Shown piece after piece: positions 26,101 to 38,500 of a DNA stretch of 64,000 nt; positions within the stretch are counted from its first letter, which is position 1; each line of letters opens with the position of its first letter. Source of the DNA: a virus. Lineage: Duplodnaviria; Caudoviricetes. The stretch is taken from IMG/VR virus record IMGVR_UViG_3300027708_000013. The stretch is one strand, 5' to 3'. A program made the translations under genes and the position numbers. The notes under the pieces were generated by a model that was given only the letters and a program-made list of their open reading frames with translations, ran no database searches and was not told the DNA's origin.

Positions 26101-26511
26101 TATAACCCTGGCAGATATAAGCCGGTGTTTGGCGCCAAGGCAGACTCAGCACTGCAAGCCACATTTAAAGTGGTTAAAAATCCAAATTTAACCATCAGCG
26201 ATAATGATGTAATCAGTGGAGTGATTGCTGCAATCAACACTTATTTTGACACAGCCAATTGGAACTTTGGCGAGACATTTTATTTCAGTGAACTAGCTAC
26301 TTATTTGCATAACACACTGGCACCAAACGTGGCCAGTATTATTATTGTGCCAGCCAACACTGATGTGGCGTTTGGTGGACTCATGCAGATTAATTCCAAT
26401 CCAGATGAAATTATCATAAGTTGTGCCACAGCCAGCAATGTACAAATCATCAGTGCCATAACTGCTGCACAAATTAATCAGACCTTGGCCGGGTCAAACA
26501 CAATCGTATAA
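23122..26511 (+). CDS. gp6: Baseplate wedge subunit gp6-like (1129 aa)
   Basis: YDFETIRKSMIDYLR, FNDFTESSEYIALIDLIAF, FFDTAQRRDSILKLA, DLVFGDG, QNRMITGEDY, FGETFYFSEL. Confidence 0.9.
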   Translation: MSITTRQTNLLVNQDWTTLYQSFQNANFQSYDFETIRKSMIDYLRNYYPEDFNDFTESSEYIALIDLIAFLGQSLAFRTDLNARESFFDTAQRRDSILKLASLINYNAKRTVPAAGYLKIDSITTSESVTDSNGLDLANLLINWNDTTNEDWQEQFTAIFNAALINNQNIGTPGNTQDINGIMTSEYSINLLGGVIPTYTFNATIEGTSTPFEAVSATSAGQSYVYEASPAPSGKFNILYQNDNLGNASNNTGYFVYFKQGTLNNLVLNLQQSLPNRIVNVNYDNINNTDVWLYKLDNAGVPNTIWSSVPAVAGINIIYNQSTNRNLYQINTRANDQIDLVFGDGSFANIPQGNFQLFYRVSNGLNYKITPDEMQNIVIALNYVSKSNRVETLTVRASLYYTVTNAATRELVDDIRVKAPQQYYTQNRMITGEDYNLFPYTNFSSILKVKAVNRTSSGISRYLDVLDVTGKYSSTNMFGTDGWLYKQNSVPSSTFGFASTNDINNVIYNTVIPILNSTEVKHFYYANYTRYTPAVTTTWTQATANSGSSTGYLTNGTVIQTVGYVTNTNFKYITNGTLLKFTAGTGNYFNAQNVIVSGTPVYENDKKYIWVAVASVANSNTLQITQNIPTGAVLESIIPVFKNDFSNLAFVSTMVNLIKSYKNFGIRYDVPSQTWKIIAPADLNTTSAFSLANTGDTTGGGLDSSWIVSFAYNGVNYNLAHRNLKYVFESLEQTRFYFDPKVKVFDSKSGATVIDQVSILKNNTAPDSLTTALGQDQLWYIYNNVVTADGRIDYTQVLVTFSAVNNDGVPDDPDIFTNVANTATTGKYVFFQQVTDANTNVGNFLTAAPVDNSLIVTTYTTQSAILTNQNLYVDGQVFYATSEDKFYVLSISAAGNRTLAQSTSYIAEVGRQKLNFQYRHNSPNTRRIDPSPNNIMDLYLLTTDYTTDYTAWVRDTTNTLTEPALPTNEELKLTYGSGATSLENYKALSDTIIYNPGRYKPVFGAKADSALQATFKVVKNPNLTISDNDVISGVIAAINTYFDTANWNFGETFYFSELATYLHNTLAPNVASIIIVPANTDVAFGGLMQINSNPDEIIISCATASNVQIISAITAAQINQTLAGSNTIV

Positions 26512-26523
26512 TCGGGAACAGCA

Positions 26524-29500
26524 ATGGCATCAATAAAAACTGCAAATTTTTTACCTGAAGTATTTAGGACAGACACCAATCGTAAGTTCTTGGGTGCTAC
26601 CCTGGACCAATTGGTTACTCCGCCAGACTTGAGAAAAGTCAATGCTTATGTGGGTCGTAAATTTGCACCAACGTATCAAAATTCCAATAACTACCAGCCT
26701 GAGAGCAGTGCGTTAAGACAGAATTATCAACTAGAGCCCAGTGTAGTAGTTAAAAATAAAACTGGCACAGTGGAATTTTTTAGCAGTTATATTGATTTAA
26801 TTAATCAAATTGGATACAGTGGCGGCTTTGTCAACGATCACAGTAGATTGTTTTCCAGTGAAACTTATAGTTTTGATGGCTTATTTGATTTTGACAAATT
26901 TGTAAATTTTAATCAATACTATTGGTTAACCGACGGACCAACCACAGTGGAAGTGTTTGGTGCCGGTGTGGATCAAACTCAAACTTTCACCGTGACAAGA
27001 GATGCCGGCAATGGAGCCTATCGTTTTTCTGGATCAGGGTTGGCAAAAAATCCAGCCGTGCGGTTAGCCCGTGGCGGTACTTATCAGTTTGTAGTAAATC
27101 AACCTGGTTATCCTTTTTGGATTCAAAGCACTATAGGCACATCGGGATTAAAAAACAATCAAAGTAATTTAAGCAGTAGAGACATCTTGGGAATAGAAAA
27201 CAATGGCACCGATGTGGGCACCATTACATTTCGAGTTCCGCAATCCACAGCACAAGATTATTACATTTACATGCAATACCCCAATAATGATATTGGGTCG
27301 GGCACTGTGGATACTTCAACTGATTTGCATTACAATCAAATTCAAGGCGCCACGCTTAGCCAATTGGCGGCCCTGGGCGGACTTGACGGAGTAAAATCGC
27401 AGTTATTGGGTAAAACTTTTATCTTTACCAACAGTGATATTGATGATGCCTATTGGACAGTCGACGGAAACACTGTACCCAAAGCCACACGTAGGAATGT
27501 TTGGCAAATTCAAGCTGTTGATCCATTGGCCCAAGACCCGGTTATTAGTTTGATATCAATCACCACTGTGACAAAAAATCAAAAAATTTATGTAGCCAGT
27601 GGACAAAACTATGCAGAATATAGTTTTTATTTAGACCAACAGTTTCTTACGTACAAACAAATTCCAAACATCACAGCACCGTTGTCTACCATTTATTATC
27701 AAGATGGTGTCAGTGCCGGATATGCGGGACAATTTAATCTTGTTGCAATTGATGACAACACATTAAAAGTTGATGATGACATTGTGGGTAAAGCAGATTA
27801 TACCAGCCCCAACGGTGTTGTATTCACCAACGGATTAAAAATTCAATTTGATGCCAGTGCTGTGCCTGCCACTTATGCCAACAACGCATATTATGTTGAG
27901 GGTGTAGGAACTGCTATACAATTATTATTAGCAACAAATTTTCAAACACCGGAGCCATATGCTGCCAACGGCATTGGCACTCCGGACTACATTACAATCA
28001 ATCGTGCCAGTCAAGATTTAAATCCGTGGACACGTAGTAATCGTTGGTTCCACATTGATGTTATCAAAGCCGCAGCCTCTTACAACAACGAAGTACCAGT
28101 ATTTGACCAAAACGTCAGAGCCAACCGTCCCATTATTGAATTTGAAGCTGATTTGCAACTTTATAATTTTGGACGTGTGGCAAAAACTCCAGTAGACATA
28201 TTTGACTTGACTACAACAGATGCACGTAACACAGTTGAGCTTAGTGGGTCGTTTCAATTAAACGGGGTCTCATTACAAAACGGGCAACGTGTGGTGTTTG
28301 CCAATGATTTTGATCCCACAGTGAGAAATCAAATATTTGTTATCAACATTTCGGAGATCAGTCAAACTCCTGTTATTACTTTAAGTCTGGCAGAAGACAG
28401 TGAGACCAGCACTTACAATAATTTAATTGTGTTACAAGGAGCCAACAAAGGCACAGAATATTGGTTCAACGGTAGCAACTGGATTGCAGGGCAACAAAAG
28501 ACTGGGGTCAATCAAACTCCCATGTTTGATGTATACGACGGCAATGGCATCAGCCTGGGCGACGTTACAATATATCCCGCATCTACTTTTGCTACTGCTA
28601 CTAATAATCTTGGAACTGTTGTTGGAGGAACAAAAATCTTTTCATACCAACCAGGCACTGGTGTTGATGACCAAATCTTAGGTTTCCCTTTGAGTTATAG
28701 AACATTTAATCAAGTTGGTGATATACAGTTCAATAACAATTTTGATACAGATGTATTTTCATACACAGCCGCCTCTGCCACACAAACAGAAAATATTCAT
28801 TCTGCGGGCACACTAAGAAAAAATTCTGGACTTGTTGCCAGTGCCGCAAGAAATTCGTGGGCCAAAGTTACTGAACCCAGCCGTCAGTATCAGCTGATAA
28901 GTGGAGTGTATGATGGTGTAAATCGTTATTTTGAAATTGACATACGACCTGAAGCTAGAACCACAATACCTTATTTTAAAGTTTTTAAAAACTTTGTCGA
29001 ATTGACCACTGCACAATTTCAAACAGTATCAGCCGGTGTTAAACTGTATGTAAAAATAACAGACTCCACCTTGGCCATTGACGATAAAATAGATATTTTG
29101 ATTTACAGCAAAACAGTCAGTGCCTTGGGTTATTATCAAGTTCCGGATAACCTAAACTTCAACACTGAAAACACTAATTTTTCTAGTTTAACTTTGGGAC
29201 AGTTGCGTAACCACTTGGTAACATTGGTGTCCAACAGCAATCAAGTCACAGGTTCAGCATTTGGTGCTAATAATCTCAGAGATAGACCCATCAAAGCTCA
29301 AGGCGGAAATATTTTACAAAACGCCAGCCCAGTGTTGTACAGTGAATTATTTTTAGTTGATCCCGAAATTAATTTCTTAAAAGGCTTAGAACTGGCCAGA
29401 CACAATTACGGCAGAATTAAAAACAAAATACTTGAATCGGCTGTTAAATTAAAAACCATTGACACCAACGACATTCCAGGCATGTTGGACTCTATATTGT

Positions 29501-32500
29501 TGACTATTAACAGTGTTAAGAACAGCTCGTTCCCGTGGTATTATAGTGACATGGTTCCATATGGTCCGTTAAAAAATACTATTACTTACACAGTGATTGA
29601 TGCTGAACAGATAGATTACGAAATAACAAACATTTTTGTTGATACTGAGTTGAGCAATCAATCGGTACTGGTATATGTCAACAATGTGCAATTGACCAAA
29701 GGTCAAGACTATGTGTTTGATACCACACGTGCCGGTATTACGTTTAAAATCTCATTGGCTGTGGACGATGTAATTACAATCAACGAGTACAGTGACACTG
29801 ACGGAAATTATATTCCTGAAACTCCGACTAAATTAGGATTGTATCCTAAATTTACTCCTAAAATTTATTTAGATGAAACTTATGTCGATCCTATCAATGT
29901 AATACAAGGACATGACGGCAGTATAACACCAGCATTTAACGATTTCAGAGATCAATTGCTGTTGGAATTTGAATTGCGTATTTACAACAATATCAAAATT
30001 GATGCCACTGTGGTCAGTAACAACATCTATGACACAGTTCCGGGAAAATTTCGTACAACAGATTACACCAATGCAGAGTTTACAAGATTATTAAGCAGAA
30101 GCTTTTTGCAATGGGTTGGTGCCAATAGAGTTGACTTTACCAGTAATACGTATTTTGTTGGAGACGATCCATTCACTTGGAACTTCAGCAGATTCTTTGA
30201 CACAGTCAACGGAGAAGCCTTGCCGGGAACTTGGCGTGCCATTTATCAATATTTTTACGACACTGTAGCCCCTAACACAGCACCGTGGGAAATGTTGGGC
30301 TTTAGCGAACAACCCCTTTGGTGGGAAACACGTTATGGTGTTGCACCCTACACCGGTGGAAATTTAGTATTATGGGGCGACTTAGAAGTTGGCTATGTTT
30401 GGAACAACGGTGACAGTTATACTGATGCAAGATTTGCACGTCCGGGATTGTTGAGTATTATCCCTGTAGACGAAAACGGCAATTTACGCAATCCTGCACA
30501 ATTTTTAGTAAAGTCTTTCAACAGTAACCAAGCCAATGGCAGTTATGCAGTGGGACAACAAGGTCCAGTAGAAACAGCTTGGCGTCGCAGTAGCGATTAT
30601 CCTTATGCTGTGCAAGAAGCCATTGCACTGGCAAGACCAGGATATTTCTTTGGTACCTTGATGGATGTCACTAGATATTACAAAGATACCATGCTGGATC
30701 AATATGTATTGAGTGACAGTTTGCAACGCATAACTCCGGGGGCAATTCGTATTAATGGCCAAAGCTCTGGCACCAGCATTCGTCGAGTGGCCGGTTACAT
30801 AAACTGGATAGCTGAATATTTACGTGGACAGGGAATAGAACCGGTCGACAAAATTTCTGGATACTTGGACTCGGTCACTGTGCAATTGGCTTATAAAATG
30901 GCCGGATACAGTGATAAATCATTTTTACAAGTATTGGCGGAACAAGCAAGTCCCACCAGTACCACCAACAGTGTGGTAATACCAGCAGAAAACTACACAC
31001 TGGAATTGTATAAATCAACTCCAGTTAAAACAGTTGCCTACAGTGCAGTTATAGTAGAAAAAAGCGAAAACGGTTATACGGTGAGTGGTTACGACACCAG
31101 TAATCCTTACTTTACTATTATTCCCAGTTTGGCCAATAACAATGCTTATCCCGTAACAGTGTTGAACGACACCGGCATAGTGTATCAAGATTATCAAAAA
31201 TACAAGATCACAGTGCCTTATGGATTTGAGTTTACCAATAAACAACAAGTGGTGGATTTCTTAATCAGTTATGAAAGATACTTAATTGGCAGTGGATTTG
31301 TTCTTGCTGATAAAGATCCCAACTTAGAAACACAAAGAGATTTTAAACTCAGTGTTCAAGAATTTTTAGCCTGGAGCCAGCAGGGCTGGGCAGTGGGCAC
31401 TGTTATGATATTAAGTCCTGTGCTGAATCACTTGACTGTGAACAGCACGTCAGGAGTGGTTGATAAGATAGAAAATGCACCATTGCAGTCTAGAATCTTA
31501 GACCCTGAATTTAATTTTATCAAGTACAACGAACTCACAGTGACAAGAACAGATAATGTGTTTACATTGACTGCTGTATCTGGCCGTACCATTGCTTTGG
31601 CTGTGTTGGACATAGTGGAATATGAACATGTAGTAATTTTTGACAACGTCACGGTGTTCAACGATGTGATCTATGTACCTAGTTTGGGTAACAGACAGTA
31701 CAGATTAAAATTGATAGGGCAAAAAACTGGATCGTGGACTGGTGCATTAAATCCTCCAGGATTTGTTTACAACAGTAGCACAGTAGATGTATGGCAACCG
31801 GGAGTTGATTACTTGTTGGGCAGTTTGGTTACATACAAAGATGTTTATTATACCAACACACAAAATTTAACAGCCACCAACACATTTTCTCCTTCACAAT
31901 GGAAACGTCTCAACAAGAATCAAATACAAACAGGACTACTACCAAACTTTAGTTACAATGCCGGCAAGTCACTGAGATATAACAATTTCAATGACCCAGA
32001 ATTGCAAGGCGACTTCGCTAACTTTGTTGGTAACGAAATAGGATTCACACCTAGACAATACTTGACAAACTTTGGTATTGATATACCCACACAGGCTAAA
32101 TTTTATCAAGGGTTCATTAGACAAAAAGGCACATTAAATTCTATATCAGCATTTACAGCGGCAGGTTTCAATGGCGTAAGCAGCACAATCAATTTGTATG
32201 AAGATTGGGCCATGCGTGTGGGCGAGTACGGTGCAACAAACAACAATAGATATGTTGAATTAATACTCAGCGAAGGCGTGTTCAAAGGCGAACCTGCTGT
32301 GTTTAATTTTTTAAACAACGGCACCACAGCCACAGACAACATTGTGTCAGTGTATCCCGACAATATATACCGGTCCAGCATTGGGTATTCTCCAACAATC
32401 TTTAAAGATAGAGATGACGCAAGTTTTTATGAAAACGATATATTAACTGCCGGTTATGTCAGCGTGGCAGATGTGGACACACAGATATTCAACATACAAG

Positions 32501-35500
32501 CATATGGACAACTTAATTCGCAAATGGCCAATGTAGCCCCGGGCTACAAAATTTGGGCCGCACAGGACAACGTCAGCTCCAGCTGGGCAGTGTATCGTGT
32601 AAACGAAACCAATGTTCTAATAAATTCAGTTTTTTACAATGTTGATTACACCATCACTGCAACTACAAATCGGGCACATGGCTTTGGTCGTGGCGACTAT
32701 GTTGTGATCAAAGGATTTGACGGAAGAGTTGATGGTTTTTATCAAGTGTCTTCTGTGGTTGATAATTATAATTTCAATCTAATAATTGATGTCAACAGTT
32801 ATCCTGTGCTGAAGTCTGCAGGAACCATCACCGGACTGGGGGTAGTTTATCGATTACAAACAGTGAGAATAAAATCACCTACAGATTTAAACGCCATTAC
32901 TCCTTTAAATCAATGGCTGGATGGCGATAAGTTATGGGTTGATGCAGATCAAAATACACCAGGTTGGTTGGTATACAACAAGTCCAGCCCGTGGACCACT
33001 GCCAATGCCAGCGTGGTGACCAGTCCCTTGAGTATGCAGTTGGATGCCAACAGTTACATCAGTAATTCTGGATTCGGCACAGTGTCGACTATAAATCAGG
33101 CAGGAACATTTGCAGCGGCCAGTTTACCTAATTTAGGTATGGGCAATGTAATTGCATTTGTATCCAATGTCACCAATGGTTACAACTTTACCATGGTGGC
33201 CAATCTTGGTGCACCGCCAAGTAATAGTGCAAGTTTGTTTGGCGCCAGTCTACACAGTTCGGGTAATTTATTATATGTAGGAAATCCTGGCAACGGCAGC
33301 ACAGAGTATGGTAGAACACATATCCATAAATTTAATGCTACTGACACTGGTACTCCCACTGTAAACACTACTGCTGTTGCTACCGCTATCCTGCAAGCGT
33401 CGGTTGACGTTGAACCTGGAAAGACTTTATTTAAAACAACAACAGTTGGCGGAAGACCACTGGCAGATGTTAATAATTCCGGCACAGTATCTCCATTGGA
33501 TGCATTGGCATACAATCAATGGATAGGCGGAGTCAACACAAACCCAGGTCAGATTTCTTGGATTACCGGTACTTTACACCCTTATATTCTAGCAAACCCT
33601 GCCACTTATGGCGCATATATTAATGACTTCTTTACTTTATCACAAACATTATCAAGCCCATTCACTGGTAATACTGGAGATCAATTTGGTTACAGTGTAA
33701 GTGCCAGCGATGATGGTACTTGGTTATATGTTGGGGCTCCTGGTGCAGGCAATGTTTATGTATATCATGCCAATACAACCAGTTACTACAGCCTTGCCAA
33801 CACCATTGTGGGCAACAGCTATGTCAGCACAGGCAATGCTGTATCATCACGATTTGGTTATGTAGTCAGCACCACAAGCGAAGGTGACTATACTGCCATT
33901 GGAGCTCCAGGTGAAAGCATCGCAGGAGTATCATCTGCTGGTGCAGTTTATACGTTTAACCGCAGTCAAGAATCATTTATTGCCTCAGGCAACACAGCAT
34001 ATTACCCACAGTATGCTATTTCCGCTAATACTTTATTGGTCACAGTCAATGGCAATGTTGTAACCACTGGATACACCAGCAACAGCAGTGCTGTGACATT
34101 TACAGCAACACCCACAGTGGGAACCACTATCACCATCGATACTAATAAAATACAATTAGTAAAAAAATTAACAGAAACTGTTCCTGGCAGCGGAAATCAA
34201 TTTGGAACAGTGGCACACATATCCGGCAATGACGCAGATGTGTATGCATCAAGTCCCGGTTACAGCGAAGTGGGTTACCACAGTGGTGTTGTTTATAGAT
34301 TTGCCAACTACGGTGCCAATTACGGCACTGTGGCAGGCACAGTATACGATCCAGTGGTCACAGTGGGTCATAACTTGTATATCAATGGACAGTTAGTGAC
34401 GTTTGGTGCCAATGTTGGTGGCAGTTTAGTGGGCAATTTACAATCCATTGTGGCCAACATCAATTCAGCCAACATACCGGGCATCACAGCAACAGCACAA
34501 GATTATGGATTATTGACATTGACCAGCAACGTAGCAGTACCATACAAGAAATTATTAATTACACCAGGTACAGGAACAGCATTGGCCAACATTGGGCTAG
34601 ATGTTTATACCAATGTGCAATCTATCAAACATCCAGGCTCAGCTGATGTCAACGCTTTTGGTAGTCAACTTACATCCAGTGCGGACAGCAACAATTTAAT
34701 AGTCAGTGCCAACAGAGGCCAAACCAACAACGCAATGACTTTTGATCAATTGCTGACTCGCTTTGATGCAGATGCTACGTCATTCAGCGATATGCTACAG
34801 GGTTCGGGAGTGGTATACATTTATGGTTTAGTTGAAGGTTCATTGACATCAACCACACTGGATCAATACGTGTTGGTGCAACAATTACAAAACAACGCAG
34901 TAAGCTCTAATGATCAATTGGGCAGTAGTCTGGCATTGAATGCCAACATATTATTAGTCGGGGCTCCCGGCGATAGTAACCACTTAACGACTGACTCTGT
35001 GAGTCAAGCATTGACCAGTATTCCCAATGCCGGTACATACTACACATACAAAAACATCAGCGGCAACGTGGGCTGGGATATTATCGGCAGTGAGCAACCA
35101 CAAGTTGACATCAGCAGCATTACTAGAATGTATCTATACAATAACGTTACTGATACCTTGTTGACAAACTTTGATCATATTGATCCGGCCAAAGGCAAGG
35201 TACTAGGTATTGCTGAACAAGATTTAGATTACATTACTTCGTATGATCCGGCCATTTACAATGCCGGTGGTGGCCCCGAAGCCGGTCCCTTGGGCGGAGC
35301 CAGTCCAGACTTCCATTGGGGATCTGCACAAGTTGGGAAAACTTGGTGGGATACCAGCCTGGTTCGTTATGTAGATTATGAGCAGGGCAACTTAACTTAT
35401 CGTGCTAACCACTGGGGCGAAATGTTCCCGGGCAGCACTGTTCAAGTGTGTGAGTGGGTGGCAAGTTCTGTTCCGCCCGACCAATACACCGGCAGTGGCC

Positions 35501-38500
35501 AACCGCTTTATACAGAATTTCAATCTTATGTAGAAGAAAACTATGTAGACCAAGCAACCAAAGTTGTACGCACCAGATATTACTTCTGGGTTAAAGATAA
35601 AACCACAGTGCCAACAAATTCAACAAGAAGAAACAGTGTTAAAATTTTACAAGAAATTATTGCCAACCCCACTGCTCAATCGGTTCCCTATGCTGCCGTA
35701 CTACGCAATGATGCTGTAAGTCTTTACAACATAGGCGATTATTTAACTGGTGCTGGCAACACAGTGGTATTCCATGCTGACACAGATGCATTAATTAACA
35801 ACAATATCATGCATAACGAGTGGCAATTGGTTCAAGAAGGCAACAGCAACAGTTTGATTCCCACCAGGATTGTTGAAAAAATAATTGACAGTTTGGCTGG
35901 AGTGGACCAGTATGGCAACACAATCCCAGACGCAACATTAACACCACAAACAAGAATTGGGTTAGACTTTACTCAAACTGTATTTGTTGACAGAATGACA
36001 GCGTTGAAAAACTTTGTTGAATATGTCAATAACGTAATGATACAATATCCCATTGTAGAGCAACGCAACATCAACAATTTATACAGTGCAGAAGCTCAAC
36101 CTGCAGATACTGAGTATGATCTTGCTATTGCTACTCGGGCAGAACTAGATTACATCAACACAGCAACAACATTATCAAATTATACTGTGCTGGTGATCAA
36201 TAACGAAACACAAAACGGACTTTGGACTGTGCATACATGGACAGGTACAGCGTGGAGCACGGTGCGTACTCAAAGTTACTACACTCCGTTTTACTGGAGT
36301 TTTGCTGACTGGTACGACAGTACCTACAACTCCAGCGACACTGTAAAATATTTGGCCAACACCTACGCTGATCTAGCCACATTGACAGCCTCGGCAAATG
36401 ACACTGCTCAAGTAGCCAACAGAGGTAACGGTGAATTTGCTGTGTATCGTTACAACGGTTCTGCCTGGGACTTGGTGGGACTTGAAAACGGTACCATTCA
36501 ATACAACAGTACATTGTACACCACTGATGTGGCTGCTAATGAAATCAGAATACTATTTGAAACCATACGTGACAGTATTTTTGTTGATACACTAATTGGT
36601 AATTTCAATGGTCTGTTCTTTTATTTGATTAACTATGTACTAACCGAACAAAAATCTGTAGATTGGGTATTTAAAACCAGCTTTGTCACAGTGTTGCATC
36701 AGCTGAAAAAATTAGAACAGTTCCCTGCGTATATTCAAGACAACCAAACATACTACGAGAATTATATCAACGAAGTTAAGCCGTATAGAACCAGCATACG
36801 TGAATACTTGATCAACTATCAAGGTACCGATGATTTCACTGGCGATATTACAGACTTTGATATCCCAGCAACTTATATTGCCAATATCAATGCTTATCGT
36901 AGTCCTGATGGTAGTTTGCCGTCAGATGCTTACAGTTTAGCCACATTGCCGCAGTACAGTCAATGGAACAACAATCACAGTTACAGCATCAACACTGTCA
37001 CTGTGAGCAACTCAGGTGCCAACTACTATACAACTCCTACAATCACAGTGACAGGCGGTGGCGGCACAGGCGCCAATATACAAGCAGTTCTTGACGTGGC
37101 CAGCAATACCATTGCTAGATTTGACGTAGTTGATTCAGGATCAGGCTATACTTCTACTCCTACCATACAGATCAATGGGTCAGGTGTAAATGCTGCTGGA
37201 TATCCAAAATTGGTGTCAGAGCAGTTCATTACCAGTGTACCTGTGCAGACTATAACCACTGTGGGCAACGCTGTGATTTATGTTGGCAACATTGTTACTC
37301 AACCCAACACAGGTGCATCAGGAGTTGCTTACTCAGCTTCAACAGGCAACATTATTACTTTAAAAGATGTTGTTGGTACATTTGTCAGCAACCAATGGTT
37401 GTTCAGCGACTCCAGTAATTTATCAATACGTCCAGGTGTAGCCACAGTGTCAATGAAATTGACCGGCAATCTCGTTGCCTACACAGGCAATATTATTAAT
37501 CAACCGGGCAGTGGTGCACAGGCAGAAGTATACTACAATACCACAGGAAATGTTGTATCACTGTGGAATTATTCAGGAACTTTTGTTGGTAACGCATATC
37601 TATATAGAAACGGGTCAAACCTCAATATTAAGCCTGCGTATTATACTGTTTCCACAGTGACACCTGTTGGTTCTTATACTGCATTTGAGGATCAAAGCTA
37701 CAACAAAGTTAGAACATTTACTACACATGTGAAATTTGATAGAACCACTTATACCAGCAATATATCAGCATGGCAACCCAACGTCACAGTGTCGGCCAAT
37801 TCGCGTGTGAGTTATCAAGGCAGTGCATACCAAGCCAACTCCACAGTATACAGCAGTGCTACACTTAAATTAAGCAGTAATATTTCAGCCACAGTGGGTG
37901 ACTATGTAACACAAGGTAACAATGTCAGTGCCAATGCTAGAATTGTTTCAATTGCCAGCAACAGTTTAATCACAGTGGCCAATTTAACTGGTAATTTTTT
38001 ACGACGCACCGGTAATATTGCAATCAACGGCATCACTTCTGTAGCCAGTCCTGTGGCAGTTACAAATATATTTGATTATGGAAAATATTCATTATTGTCA
38101 ACTGCTAATTTAAGCAATGCCAGTGATCGCATTACTGCTGCTTATCAACCTGGATCGGGTATGCCGGGTTTAGATTTGGCACAGTTGATGTCGGGCATAG
38201 AATATCCAGGTGTACAAGTGCAAGGCGTAAAATTTGGAGCCACAACTTCAAATATCGCATCTAACATACTGTATTTTTACAGTAACACTTCAACACTGTA
38301 CAGTTCTAACGTGGCCGTGCTTGATTTTACTACCTACGGGCTACAACCAACATTGCCCATATCTATTGTTAATCTTGACACCGGGTTGAGAAGCAATGTC
38401 ACAATATTAAATGTCACAACTGGATCAATGTTCCTGGTGGGTGCAATGGCCAATATCGCATTGGGTGCCAACATCAGTATTGTGTATTATGATTACAACG

